A stretch of 36,005 bases of DNA from Dicyema japonicum (taxonomy: Eukaryota > Animalia > Dicyemida), in contig RDEW01000107.1 in the NCBI GenBank assembly GCA_011109175.1, forward strand, positions 1-36,005. Reading direction: 5' to 3'. The notes under the pieces were generated by a model that did no database searches, was not told the DNA's origin, and saw only the letters and a list, made by a program, of their open reading frames with translations. Below, in pieces: positions 1 to 11,100 of this stretch; the first letter of the stretch is position 1; every line of letters begins with the position of its first letter. The position numbers and the translations under genes are program-made.

Positions 1-429
1 TCAGATTAAGATCGAGATTGACCCAGAACTCCCACTCTCCAATATGTAACCTGTTCATCTGAGAAATTGCAGTCGCGAAAAGATTTATACTTTCCGAGAC
101 GGAACGTGCAAATTTTAATAAGCTAAAAAAAAAGTTTTCTTTTTAGCGGGTCTAATCAACACTAGGAATCATAGTGAACGCGAAAGTCTGCGTATCATAA
201 TTAGCTTTTTCTTAAATTCGAAATATTGACCCGCACATGTGACGTTGTAAAGAAATCTTTCGTTTTAGGCATAATGAACTACAATAAATTTATGGTTTCG
301 CGTTTTGTATTTTCTGACTATTCGAACTTTCCTGATAAATTTACTAAAAAAATTATTTTGATGTCTATAATATGACTAAATTGTATGATATCGTACTTTC
401 CGAAGAACCATGTCAGTTATCGCTCCCCA
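1..429. repeat. Dispersed duplicated segment, copy A (paralog 26432-26862)
   Basis: Aligns co-linearly by eye with 26432-26862, from tcagattaagatcgagattg to gaagaaccatgtcagttatcgctcccca, with scattered substitutions. Both copies end in the 3' tip of the SINE. Confidence 0.9.
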
Positions 430-612
430 AAGGCAGAACACACACTTTATTGAAGCAAAGAACAGTAATAATAGCTAATCGAAAGAGGATCAAGGTCTTC
501 ACTTTTTTGTTTTTTTTGGGTATGTACTTTTAAACTATTGAGTTGCACAGTGTTTGTTTACTGATGAAGGCGTCACTTTTCAAGCCCTTTTTAGCATCGT
601 AGATGCGTGGAA
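405..612 (-). mobile_element. tRNA-derived SINE, 3' two-thirds (5' part lost in N gap)
   Basis: Homologous to 981-1202 and to the reverse complement of 19910-20140 (core catctacgatgc...gtgacgccttcatcagt, A-rich tract, tail gtgttctgcct.tggggagcgataac). Confidence 0.8.
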
Positions 613-980
613 NNNNNNNNNNNNNNNNNNNNNNNNNNNNNNNNNNNNNNNNNNNNNNNNNNNNNNNNNNNNNNNNNNNNNNNNNNNNNNNNNNNNNNNN
701 NNNNNNNNNNNNNNNNNNNNNNNNNNNNNNNNNNNNNNNNNNNNNNNNNNNNNNNNNNNNNNNNNNNNNNNNNNNNNNNNNNNNNNNNNNNNNNNNNNNN
801 NNNNNNNNNNNNNNNNNNNNNNNNNNNNNNNNNNNNNNNNNNNNNNNNNNNNNNNNNNNNNNNNNNNNNNNNNNNNNNNNNNNNNNNNNNNNNNNNNNNN
901 NNNNNNNNNNNNNNNNNNNNNNNNNNNNNNNNNNNNNNNNNNNNNNNNNNNNNNNNNNNNNNNNNNNNNNNNNNNNNNNA

Positions 981-1290
981 ACCATATCAGTTATCGCTCC
1001 CCACAGGCAGAACACAGACTTTATTTAAGCAAAGAACAGTAATAATAGCTAAGCGAGGGAGGGAGGATCAACAAATGCTCTTTACTTTTTTGCAATTTTT
1101 TTTTCTTGGGTTTATGTCCTTTTAGACTATCCAGTTCCACAGTGAATGTTTACTGATGAAGGCGTCACTTGCCAAGCCTTTTTTAGCATCGTAGATGCGT
1201 GGAATATTCCAATAGGTGAACATCAGCGAGAATCGAACCCGTGACCAAAGTCACTTTGCCCGACACCTAACCAGTATGCCACCTGACTAA
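981..1290 (-). mobile_element. tRNA-derived SINE, full-length copy
   Basis: Minus strand starts agtcaggtggcatactggttagg (A-box) ... gggttcgattctcg (B-box), followed by a ~240-bp non-tRNA body shared with 19829-20140. Confidence 0.85.
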
Positions 1291-1666
1291 ATTGTATAAT
1301 CGCATTAATGAAATTTGCTAATAAAAAAGCCAAATGATAAACAGGTCATTTAGTGAAATATACATTCAATCTTAGAAAGCATTAATTGAATAATTAGTCA
1401 TTATTTTACCTATAATACATAGTAATTATGCGTGTGACCAGAATAGTTATATGTCTATCGAAATACAAAGTTTAGTCACTATCATTCTCAAAATATTTTG
1501 ATGCCTGGCCAATTTCAGAAGCTATGTTTTCCTTCAGTTGATCATCGTGGATATCTAGCGAAAGAACTCATCGTCAATTACTCGACAGGGATCAAAACTA
1601 CATGAATTATAAACTAAATATTAGTCGAATAATGAATTTGTAAGTCATTATTATAATGGAATAATA

Positions 1667-2513
1667 TTAATAATTGAATTTGCCAATCGCTAATGAATAA
1701 TAACGCCTTCTTCTTTTATATTGTAGTATGAAAGCGATAGCAATGATCAGGATAATAACACAAATTCCTATTAAATATTTGATTTCTAAATTAAAATTAT
1801 TATTACTGAGAGGATGAGAGTTTATTTTATTTAAAGTAACATGAGTTGTTCTATAACTTTGAGTTGTAGTTGTAGTTAATTTTTTATTCAAATGAGGTGT
1901 TGACTTGAATCGAAGATCTCTTTCAAAATCACACCCGTGGGCTAAATGTCAGAAACAATAATAACCTTTTCCTGTAAATATTGTATTATTATCTGTTTTA
2001 AATAGTTGCATTTTCATATCTTTTATTTTTATAATTCCATAATTAGGAATTGTTACAACTATTTCACTGCAGTTATAATAACCGTTAATTAAAATTTTCG
2101 AAGCTGGAGTATACATAAATGTTTGACGTGAAATCAATGTTAATTCCCAGAAAACAAATATTTTTTTCGATACAATGTTAAATAATATTCTGAAATTTAT
2201 ATCATTTTTAATCCATTTAAGGTAACCAAATAAATGTTCACTAAAATAATAATTAAAAGATGCGTCGATTAAATTATCATTTTTAATCTTTTATTAAATA
2301 AAATGTGATTACAGTATTATTAATTTTGTGTTCAACTTCTATTATTCCACTGAATAACGATACAACTTTATCGTTCTTTACTCCACCCCACAAAGGTACA
2401 TCATCATACAACTTTTCAAAAGTATCAACATTCCACAACACATCAGTATTGCATACTAAACACGTATATATTCCTATTATTAATTTATTTTGTAAACCTA
2501 GTAATTGGAACAT
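1667..2513 (-). CDS. LAMP-like type-I membrane glycoprotein, copy 1 (~257 aa, 3-4 exons)
   Basis: ATG at 2511-2513. Introns at 2288-2312 (25 nt) and 1942-1965 (24 nt), plus a probable in-frame 24-nt intron at 2474-2497; the spliced length of 774 nt is divisible by 3. Translation includes ...NGYYNCSEIVVTIPNYGIIKIKDMKMQLFKTDNNTIFTGKAHGCDFE..., a Thr-rich stalk, a TM segment (YLIGICVIILIIAIAFILQ) and the tail YKRRRRYYSLAIGKFNY. The pattern Y-x-C...I-x-D-x-x-x-Q-x-F...F-x-G...C-D matches the C-terminal half of the LAMP domain. The gene structure is solid; the LAMP label is by motif only. Confidence 0.75.
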
Positions 2514-2683
2514 TCTCACNNNNNNNNNNNNNNNNNNNNNNNNNNNNNNNNNNNNNNNNNNNNNNNNNNNNNNNNNNNNNNNNNNNNNNNNNNNNNNNNN
2601 NNNNNNNNNNNNNNNNNNNNNNNNNNNNNNNNNNNNNNNNNNNNNNNNNNNNNNNNNNNNNNNNNNNNNNNNNNNNNNNNNNN

Positions 2684-4034
2684 GAGTATCTTGATACCTG
2701 TACAGAAGGCGAATAAACCAAGATCTAAGGTGGAGAACCTCCGTCCGGTCATATTAATGAATTCACTTCGGAAAATTCTGGCGAACATAACATTACAAAG
2801 GATGGAAGGACGCCTAGATACTTTTCTGTCGCTATACCACAGCGGATTCTGAAAAGGAAGATCTACTTCCGATGTTTTGTGGTCCCATAAGTGGAGATCT
2901 GCGGCCGTTCAAAAGTTCAAAATATCTACAACCATCCTCGGAATCGACATTTCGAGGGCCTTCGACTCTGTCGACAGACGGAGGCTAATACTGGTTTTGG
3001 AAAGTTTCCTAGACGCTTCCACTGTCAGAATGGCCACCACCCTCCTAGCTGATACTTGGCTCACTGTATGAGTCGAGGGAGCCTTGTCTCGCCGATTTGA
3101 GACGACTGCTGGCACTCATCAGGGAGACCCATTATCACCTATACTTTTTGTCATATACCTTGAAGCTGCTTTACGGGAGTCAAAACCGATAATGGGTGAA
3201 AAGACAAACATTATTGCGTATGCTGACGACGTAGACTTTATTTCAAACGACAAAATACCGCTCACCCGCTTGATGGAAGAAGTGTCTGGATGACTAGCCG
3301 AATGGTTCCTAACAGTAAATCCGGACAAGACTGACGAAACTGAACTCAAGAGGGAAAAAACAAGGACGGAGGAGTACTGGCGCAAATGCAAAAAGCTTGG
3401 CTCCCTCCTAGGAGACCATGAAGAAATTATGAGAAGGAAAACCCTACCACAAACTGCCCTCTCCAGATTAAAGAACACCTGGCTCACAAAAAGGGCCTTG
3501 ACATTATAACAAAAACTCGATTATACAACTCGCTAGTGAAACCCATACTACTATATAACGCTGGTACTTGGGCCTGCTCAAGAAATGAACTGAGGAGGCT
3601 TAATGCGTTTCATAGAGACCAACTACGGCATATGATGTTCGAAAGAAGTGATACGAGGATGTCATCTAATCTTTTTTATAAGAGGACGAAGACCTTCAGA
3701 AATTTCTAATGAAATTCTGGATACACGATGGAGGCTTTTCGGCCATATTCTGCGACTGGACCTAGATGCCTCCGCGAACGTAGCCATGGAGGATTACTTC
3801 ATGTTGGAGGTCCCCCGTTTCCGTGGTCGCCCAAGGACGACACTGGCAGTCGTTCTCGACGAGGACCTCAAAGAAATGGGACGGCATCTTGGAAGTGGAG
3901 AGGATCTTGACTGGTTGCGCACTGCGGCTTTGAATAGGAGGAAGTGGATGAAACTAACCAGTGATTTGCTAACTCGTGTTGCACATGCTTTGTCAAGTCC
4001 TATGACATAGCGATAAGTGCTTATAATAATAATA
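2684..4034 (+). mobile_element. Non-LTR retrotransposon (LINE, RTE-like group), RT and 3' end, inactivated
   Basis: RT motifs LRPVILMNSLRK, LGIDISRAFDSV, QGDPLSPILF, YADD, then RWRLFGHILR and FRGRPRTTL. In-frame stops at 2850, 3069 and 3291 plus frameshifts. Ends in a (TAA)n tail at ~4022-4034. Clade assignment is tentative. Confidence 0.9.
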
Positions 4035-4798
4035 NNNNNNNNNNNNNNNNNNNNNNNNNNNNNNNNNNNNNNNNNNNNNNNNNNNNNNNNNNNNNNNNNN
4101 NNNNNNNNNNNNNNNNNNNNNNNNNNNNNNNNNNNNNNNNNNNNNNNNNNNNNNNNNNNNNNNNNNNNNNNNNNNNNNNNNNNNNNNNNNNNNNNNNNNN
4201 NNNNNNNNNNNNNNNNNNNNNNNNNNNNNNNNNNNNNNNNNNNNNNNNNNNNNNNNNNNNNNNNNNNNNNNNNNNNNNNNNNNNNNNNNNNNNNNNNNNN
4301 NNNNNNNNNNNNNNNNNNNNNNNNNNNNNNNNNNNNNNNNNNNNNNNNNNNNNNNNNNNNNNNNNNNNNNNNNNNNNNNNNNNNNNNNNNNNNNNNNNNN
4401 NNNNNNNNNNNNNNNNNNNNNNNNNNNNNNNNTTACTTCTATATCAGTACTTGAGACATCAGTATTCATACAACACTCTTATTTTATTTAAATTTAATAA
4501 ATTTAATAATAAACTATTTTTGTATTTACAAAAACTAAAACAAAAATAGAGTTAGGGGGCCGTATCCCTGGCTATTTATCTCCGAACTGGAGGTAAGAAG
4601 AGATAATTATTATATAAATTATTGACTGTATAAATGATAGCATGCGAGTAGAACATAGATAAGTCACACTAGAAGGCTCACGGGAAGCTGAAATCGATAT
4701 TGAAAATGCCGACGGAAGGCATGTGATTTGAAGATGCTGCCTGCTCGAGGGTTAGAAAGACGGAATTGTTATCAGCATGGACGGTCGAAACTATTTCA

Positions 4799-5052
4799 TA
4801 TGAAGAGCCTGGAAAATCAGATTGATATGATACACATGTTAGTTTGTAAGTTTCTTAAACGAAAGATTCGATAAAAACAGTTGTTTTTTGTGAGTGCCGC
4901 ATAAGTTTTACATTATATGTATGTTTATGAAGAGCCTGGAAAATCAGATTGATATGATACACATGTTAGTTTGTAAGTTTCTTAAACGAAAGATTCGATA
5001 AAAACAGTTGTTTTTTGTGAGTGCCGCATAAGTTTTACATTATATGTATGTT
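4799..5052. repeat. Perfect tandem duplication, 127-bp unit x2
   Basis: atgaagagcctggaaaatcag... begins at 4800 and 4927, identical by eye; may be an assembly overlap. Confidence 0.9.
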
Positions 5053-5796
5053 GATCAAAAACTCAAAAAATTAAAAAATAAAAATTAATAAAGATTCTCC
5101 CACTGGTTACTTGGTCGAAGGATTCTCTTCCTTTACTCTGTTCCTTATCTGCTCTTATTCTACTAGAGTAGCGTCATGTAATTAACTCGTCTCAGGTGAC
5201 TACCAGATACTAAAAAATCCTTCACTCCATTAGAGAGATTCCTACAAATTGAAAAATTCGATGTTTTTTACTTTTCCGTTCGTTCTTGATGGACCTGTAT
5301 GATACTAGAAGGTTTCTCTGTATCCGGATCCTTTGTGCGCCTGAGACGTCCTATGCTAAAACTTCAAGTTTTTAATATCTCCTGATGTCTCCTGATCCCA
5401 ACCCCTCCTCCATACCACGAGAATATGAAAGGGAAGAGTTTTTATTTGTCATAAAGCATTTTGGAAATTTTTAAGATTTTGTAGATAGAGTATATACTCG
5501 AAATTTGTATTAAGGCCGTTCGCTACAGTTAATTAATACAAAACTTTTGGGAGATTCTAGCATAGCAACAGACTGTCAACCTTAAATCCACCAAGTGGAC
5601 CATATGAGGTATAAATTTTGAAGAAATTTAACTTTTTTGTTCAAAAATGTTAAGAACCAGCTTATGTGCACAATTCTAATAATATGCTTCTTTAACAGAG
5701 ACTATATTCCAACATTCATGAGTAATGTTTATCCTAAAATCTCCAAAATCGAACTCGTTGAATTTCCACCAAAAAATTCTTAAATTCCTTAGAATC

Positions 5797-6374
5797 TAAG
5801 ATGTCGCATTGACTGTTACTAAAACCACAAAATTTACGTTAAATTTACTCAGAATCAGTACCTCTCCCGAACAAAGCAATTTTACAGCTTTCATCTACAT
5901 ACAGTCTAATTTTCTCTTCCAAGTTATCCATCACTATGATACCCTCTCCATAAAGTTTCAAGATATCGAAAATAAAAAAAAAATTAGATAAATCAGTCAA
6001 CCAACTCAACATAGTTTAAATCCGAGTTTCAGAACCTCCACTCTAACAGTTAAACGGATAATTCTAACAGACATATCTACTACAGTTAACTCAATCTGTC
6101 CAATCCTCCCATCATCCCTGCATTTTGTGCTACAATGAAAAACATGCAAAACCAAGTGTCTACAAACTTTAGAGGCCTTCTGCACAGATTGGGCTAAATA
6201 ATGCATGAAATCAACAGAGAAGAAAAAATCCTGCATTTTGTGCTACAATGAAAAACATGCAAAACCAAGTGTCTACAAACTTTAGAGGCCTTCTGCACAG
6301 ATTGGGCTAAATAATGCATGAAATCAACAGAGAAGAAAAAATAGTTAAATAAGTGACAGCAGTTCGCCATTTCC
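5797..6374. repeat. Direct repeat upstream of PIGO (paralog 9900-10366), with an internal 113-bp tandem duplication
   Basis: taagatgtcgcattg...gcagttcgccatttcc is nearly identical to 9900-10366. cctgcattttg repeats at 6117 and 6230 only in this copy. Confidence 0.92.
6009..6123 (-). pseudogene. Decayed thrombospondin type-1 repeat (TSR) exon, copy 1
   Basis: Same frame as the paralog at 10114-10228: MQG*WEDWTD*VNCSRYVC*NYPFNC*SGGSETR.../KLC, with one extra W-to-stop change. Confidence 0.45.
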
Positions 6375-6602
6375 GGAATAACATGGGCCCAGCGTCGAAG
6401 GCCGTGAACTTTTTACTGGGGTTCCTCTCCAACTAATCAGTCTCATAAACATATCACAGCCTCGATCGTTATCCTCTTATCCACAGCCTTTTTTGCTGCG
6501 TAAATCTTGTCCGAAGAGTAAACTTTATAATATTTAGCGCAAAACGGTAATCAAAGCCGCCAAATTTTCTTAATAAAAGTGTTAATCATAAATCGTTCGC
6601 AA

Positions 6603-9293
6603 ATGTTACTGCTTAAATGGGCGTTTTTAATAATTTTTTATGCAATTAATTACAGGAGCTTTTCTGGTCATCTTATTAGTCTTCGGTATACGAAAAAACA
6701 TCTCAAGGGAATCAGTAAAGACGAGGAACCACAAAATCCCAAATTTAGAAAATCTATCGTGATTATTATCGATGGACTCAGATTTGATTCAGTTTTGGCC
6801 AACAGCACCAGAAATGCGACATACCTCAATCGACTAACGAACCTATACAAAGTTCAATTAAATGAGCCCCAGAATACACGTGTTTATTCATTCAGCGGTA
6901 GATTTCCTGCCATGACCAGTAATCGGTTACGTTCAATTTTCAAAGGAATTTGGCATGGATTTGGAGATTTTGGATATATCCAAGATAACCTATTTAATCA
7001 GTTCCGATTAAATGGCAAGAAATTGGCCTTCGTTGGTGGAGTATCGTGTCCTAATATATTCGGACGTCCCTTTGAAGTAAATATTAGCATATATGACAAC
7101 GATCTCGACGATATCTTCAGAATTGATGATCTCATTAATGAGAGCTTTATTGAATTTATAAAGCACAACACTTCTGACGTTTATGTAGCTCATTTTCTTG
7201 GAATGGATCACCTATACCACCTATTGGGTCTCAACCATCCAGAAATTCAACACCGTCTTGAGTTTTATGATCGTTTTATCGGGTAAGGGTCATTTTAACT
7301 AGTTCAGAAAATTATTGCCTTTAATTGACGAAGAAACCGTATTGTTCGTTCTAGGGGACCACGGATCTGTTCCAAATGGGTCTCACGGAGATAACCTCGA
7401 GGAGGAGGACAGTGCCCTGTTTATATATAGTAAAAAACAGCTATCACCCACTCCATTGAACATTGTGATCTTTGATTTATTAATCTAGAACGAAATTCAG
7501 CGAATTGAACAAGATCAATTCGCTCCCACCATGGCTATGTTAATGGGAGTAAACATTCCCTTCCAGAACATGGGGACCTTTATTAAGGATATCGATTATG
7601 GCGGCATCTCGGTATTCATTATTTTAACAAATTTAGGAGTTCAACTTGAGTAGAATAAATAGTAAGCAAATTATCAAGTTCTACAAATCGTTAAATCTAA
7701 TTTCGTCCCCATTTGAAAAAAATAAAATTATGAAGGACATCAAAGAGGCTGAATTCAAGACTGCCATTGGAGATTTCGATGATGCGACTGAAATATATTT
7801 ACGAATAATGAAACGAATAAAGGATCTGCTTTACACTAAGTGGAGCCTATGTGATGGTTCAGAACTACCATATCACGTGGTTTTTACGTTCTACGTTAAT
7901 TTGGGAATTTTAATTCTGTATATCAACAAGATCCCTCCAATATTGATGAGTTTGTTGGTTGGAACATTTGGAGTTGCTCAATTTTTCTTTCCCCTCATTC
8001 CATTCCTCATTTCTTTCTGCTTAACGGCAGTATTCGTCGCTATTACACTTTACAGGAAACTGAGTCCCATCACGATTGGGTCACTTTTGGGAATATTCTA
8101 TGCACTGTTCATTTATGTCTATTTATATCGGATGGAAATTAACAATTTTAGCTCAATGTGGCTGGTCCTTACCTCATTCGCTTTGGTTTTGGTTTGCAAT
8201 GTAAGGCCTCGCCTTAAAAATGAATGGATTATCTCCGGTTTGTCAGGCACGTTGATCCTCTTCCTTATAATCTGCTCGAGTTTATTCCGATATTGTGAAA
8301 AATGGCCGTGCTCTGGTAATCTGTACTCGACTGAAGTATCTACTCTATCTTCAGGCCAACTCATTTCCGTCTACATATTGGTCTTCATAATACTGATTGG
8401 GGGACAATATTCCATCATAAAATTCGAAATATTGCCTGCGGTAAAATTTTTTGCCTCAGTCGCCTTAATCTTCATGATTTTGTTTGATTTTCACTATTTG
8501 AGATATTTCGACGATTACATACAAATCAGTTTCTTCCGACAACGTTACTTGTCATTTTTGTTTTACTTTTCGCTAATTATGGCATCAATAACCGTCCCAC
8601 TTAGTGCCATATATTCATTGGTTATGAAGAAACCGATCAAATTGATGAAATATTACAACTCATTTGCTGTTATTGCCACTCTCTTGTGCATTTTTGTCAA
8701 CAATATACTTATCAATTACCATTTTGTGCTTTATTTCCTAATCATATTCGTTTACATCAATTTTATTAGGAAATTTGCAGTAAAAAACAAAAATATTGAG
8801 TTGTTGAACTTTCATAACACGTTCTTTGATGTTAGTTTTTGGTTTTTCCTGACTCTATCGTTTTTCTACGCGACTGGACATGACCACTCATTTACCACCA
8901 TTCATTGGAGTGCCTCGGCATTTCTTTTAAGAGGAGATTACTATAAAATCATAGGTTTGATGTTTATCTAATCAAGTCTTTTTGAACTTCATCGAATTGT
9001 CCACTTTTGTCATTCTGGGGTCTCTATTTTTGCCTTACACGGTTAATCACGAGTCCTCGTACAAACTTCAAGAGTATTTCAAATTGACCTGTCTTCATTT
9101 CATCCTCTCTAACATATTAGTTTTAATTATAGTGAAGCTTTTAGATTGGATCATCGATATTGCAGTTTGTAAAGTACAAATGCGATTCTGCTAACAACCC
9201 CAGACTGCATTTTGCCTTTTACAACGACGAAACATACTATATGATTTCGAACAGAATGTCCCTGTTTTGTGTTGGATTAGTTTCGCTTATTAA
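6603..9293 (+). CDS. PIGO: GPI ethanolamine-phosphate transferase 3 (PIGO/GPI13-like), ~854 aa, 6 exons
   Basis: Exons 6603-7282, 7308-7464, 7489-7611, 7637-8954, 8977-9173, 9204-9293 (2565 nt, in frame); introns of 25, 24, 25, 22 and 30 nt. Alkaline-phosphatase-superfamily motifs IIIDGLRFD, FPAMTSNRL, HFLGMDHLYHLLGLNHPE, VLGDHGSVPNGSHG, EQDQFAPTMAMLMGVNIPFQNMG. Multi-TM C-terminus with FYATGHDHSFTTIHW. HPE and TGH..F..IHW favour PIGO over PIGG. The last intron and exon are less certain. Confidence 0.9.
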
Positions 9294-9361
9294 CTATGCT
9301 TATTAACTTTATTTTCTTGGTTATTAACCGCAGATCAATGATTTATGGTTAATTGCGACAA

Positions 9362-9541
9362 GCTAGCTTAAAGTACAATGTATACTTGGGAGATAAAAGT
9401 TAGCATCAACAACCTGAGCCTATATGCGCAGTCTAGAATAGATTATTTTAAATAGCTTAAAGTACAATGTATACTTGGGAGATAAAAGTTAGCATCAACA
9501 ACCTGAGCCTATATGGCAGTCTAGAATAGATTATTTTAAAT
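9362..9541. repeat. Near-perfect tandem duplication, ~89-bp unit x2
   Basis: agcttaaagtacaatgtatacttggg... occurs twice; the copies differ only by single-base indels (atgcgcag vs atggcag; homopolymer T length). Confidence 0.85.
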
Positions 9542-9627
9542 ATTTTGGGTTTCTCAGTGGTTGCAGATAAATAGTGAGAACCTTTTAAGGGATATTTTGC
9601 GTCTCTTTTTATTTATTTATTTTATTA

Positions 9628-9771
9628 CCCCAGGATCACTGTGTTAAAGGAAAAGGATATAGTTTCTAACTAAATTAGTCTTTACTATAGCCCACCTCAT
9701 TAGAGGCAATTTCCCGTCTCTTTTGTATCATTTAATTAAAGAATCTTAAAAATTTCTTAGTGTTCTTGGGG
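9628..9771. mobile_element. MITE (144 bp) with imperfect terminal inverted repeats and TA flanks
   Basis: Left end ccccaggatcact vs reverse complement of right end ccccaagaacact; TA on both sides (9626-9627, 9772-9773). A related left end lies at ~32579-32610. Confidence 0.7.
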
Positions 9772-9899
9772 TAATAAAAAAAATATCTTGTTATGCAAAT
9801 ATGGATGCTATCTGTATTTGATTCTAAGTAAGTTGCTAATTCACTCGTTGATTTGAAGATCAATCTTACACTGGCTAATTCGTATCTTTTCGTCCTCCT

Positions 9900-10366
9900 T
9901 AAGATGTCGCATTGACTGTTACTAAAACCACAAAATTTACGTTAAATTTACTCAGAATCAGTACCTCTCCCGAACAAAGAATTTTACAGCTTTCATCTAC
10001 ATACAGTCTAATTTTCTTTTCCAAGTTATCCATCACTATGATACCCTCTCCATAAAGTTTCAAGATATCGAAAATAAAAAAAATAAAATTAGATAAATCA
10101 GTCAACCAACTCAACATAGTTTAAATCCGAGTTTCAGAACCTCCACTCTAACAGTTAAACGGATCATTCTAACAGACATATCTACTACAGTTAACCCAAT
10201 CTGTCCAATCCTCCCATCAGCCTTGCATTTTGTGCTACAATGAAAAACATGCAAAACCAAGTGTCTACAAACTTTAGAGGCCTTCTGCACAGATTGGGCT
10301 AAATAATGCATGAAATCAACAGAGAAGAAAAAATAGTTAAATAAGTGACAGCAGTTCGCCATTTCC
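9900..10366. repeat. Direct repeat downstream of PIGO (paralog 5797-6374)
   Basis: 467 bp nearly identical to the upstream copy; I counted roughly ten small differences. Confidence 0.92.
10114..10228 (-). pseudogene. Decayed thrombospondin type-1 repeat (TSR) exon, copy 2
   Basis: Translation MQG*WEDWTDWVNCSRYVC*NDPFNC*SGGSETR[1-nt shift]FKLC fits the TSR consensus GGWxxWxxWxxCSxxC...G.G...RxRxC, but has three stops and a frameshift. Confidence 0.5.
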
Positions 10367-10399
10367 ATCAGAAATTGCTAACAAACAAACNGACAACAC

Positions 10400-11100
10400 C
10401 ATGGAGCAGATCACCTTCAACATGGAGCTGTTCCCGTTTTTTGGATTAATTTGATTAACCCATACATCCTACCAAAAGCATCCTGTCCAAAATCCAACAC
10501 CTCAAACATACCCCGCCTCTCAGTATTAAAGAACATTTTAATATGCGGCGACCTAAATGCCCGACACCCCGTTAGGCTTGCTTCACAATTTCTGACAGCT
10601 GAGGCGAGTTCATCGCAAATGGTCTTGTTAATATAATTATCCTGAATGACTTTAAATTAGACACAAGAATCCCAATCCCATCGTCCTTTTTAAGAAGATT
10701 TCGGAGACTCCGGACATTGCAGACAGAAGCGAAAAGTTTCAAGAACTATAAGAAGGTTGACTGGCATGGCATCTCTAACTTCGTTGATATGGAATTGGTC
10801 AAAGGACTACCATCCCATAAACGTTCAATAGATGAAGCTGCAAAAATCATAAGTGTGGCCATTCAAAGGCTGACAACATATTTATTCCTTTTTTTTATAC
10901 CTACCCTCAATTTCCGGACACTTACACTCATAATACGAAAAAACCTTATGAAAAAATGCTATCCGACGGAGTTGAAATCTATCGGAAAACAAAATAAAAG
11001 TATCAACAAAAACATAATAGACCACTAGGCTCAGAGATGGTGTCTGTCATCAATGAGTCTTGAAAGCTCGAAAACCGGAGGGAGAAACTGCTTCGTACTT
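10400..11100 (+). mobile_element. Degenerate APE-type LINE (jockey/I-like) fragment
   Basis: ILICGDLNARHP (AP-endonuclease GDxNA motif) and NYKKVDW...SIDEAAKII (post-endonuclease linker); multiple frameshifts. Confidence 0.6.

Noticed and set aside
530-1125. ORFs of 141-172 aa in the track (also 2305-2852 and 3993-4469)
   Set aside because: They consist almost entirely of X from N-gaps; not evidence of genes.
405-1290. The two adjacent SINE copies as a haplotype or scaffolding duplicate
   Set aside because: They differ at many positions, including the A-tract region, so they look like distinct insertions; the intervening gap prevents calling a true dimer.
1949-2290. Stop-codon reassignment or readthrough (paralogs share TAA/TGA at the same positions)
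   Set aside because: Each shared stop lies inside a 24-25-nt GT-AG intron whose removal restores the frame in both copies.
3995-4034. Shared 3' tail between the RTE-like LINE (cctatgacatagcgataa) and the SINE (cctatgcggagctataa / cctgtggggagcgataa)
   Set aside because: The similarity spans only ~17 nt and does not extend upstream; insufficient to claim a SINE-LINE partnership without consensus sequences.
4660-4790. Possible retroviral-type aspartic protease relic (…DGIVISMDG)
   Set aside because: No DTG/DSG catalytic motif and several stops; too weak to call.
6668-8364. Antisense ORFs within PIGO (6668-6850, 7008-7211, 8119-8364)
   Set aside because: Shadow frames of a real coding sequence; no independent features.
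4799-9541. Tandem duplications of 127, 113 and ~89 bp as biological minisatellites
   Set aside because: Each is exactly two copies, identical or differing only by single-base indels, and the 113-bp one is absent from the paralogous repeat; assembly overlap artefacts are at least as likely.
5797-10366. LTR retrotransposon that captured PIGO
   Set aside because: The repeats lack TG...CA termini, PBS, PPT and an evident TSD; PIGO keeps its introns; the repeat looks like a gene fragment.
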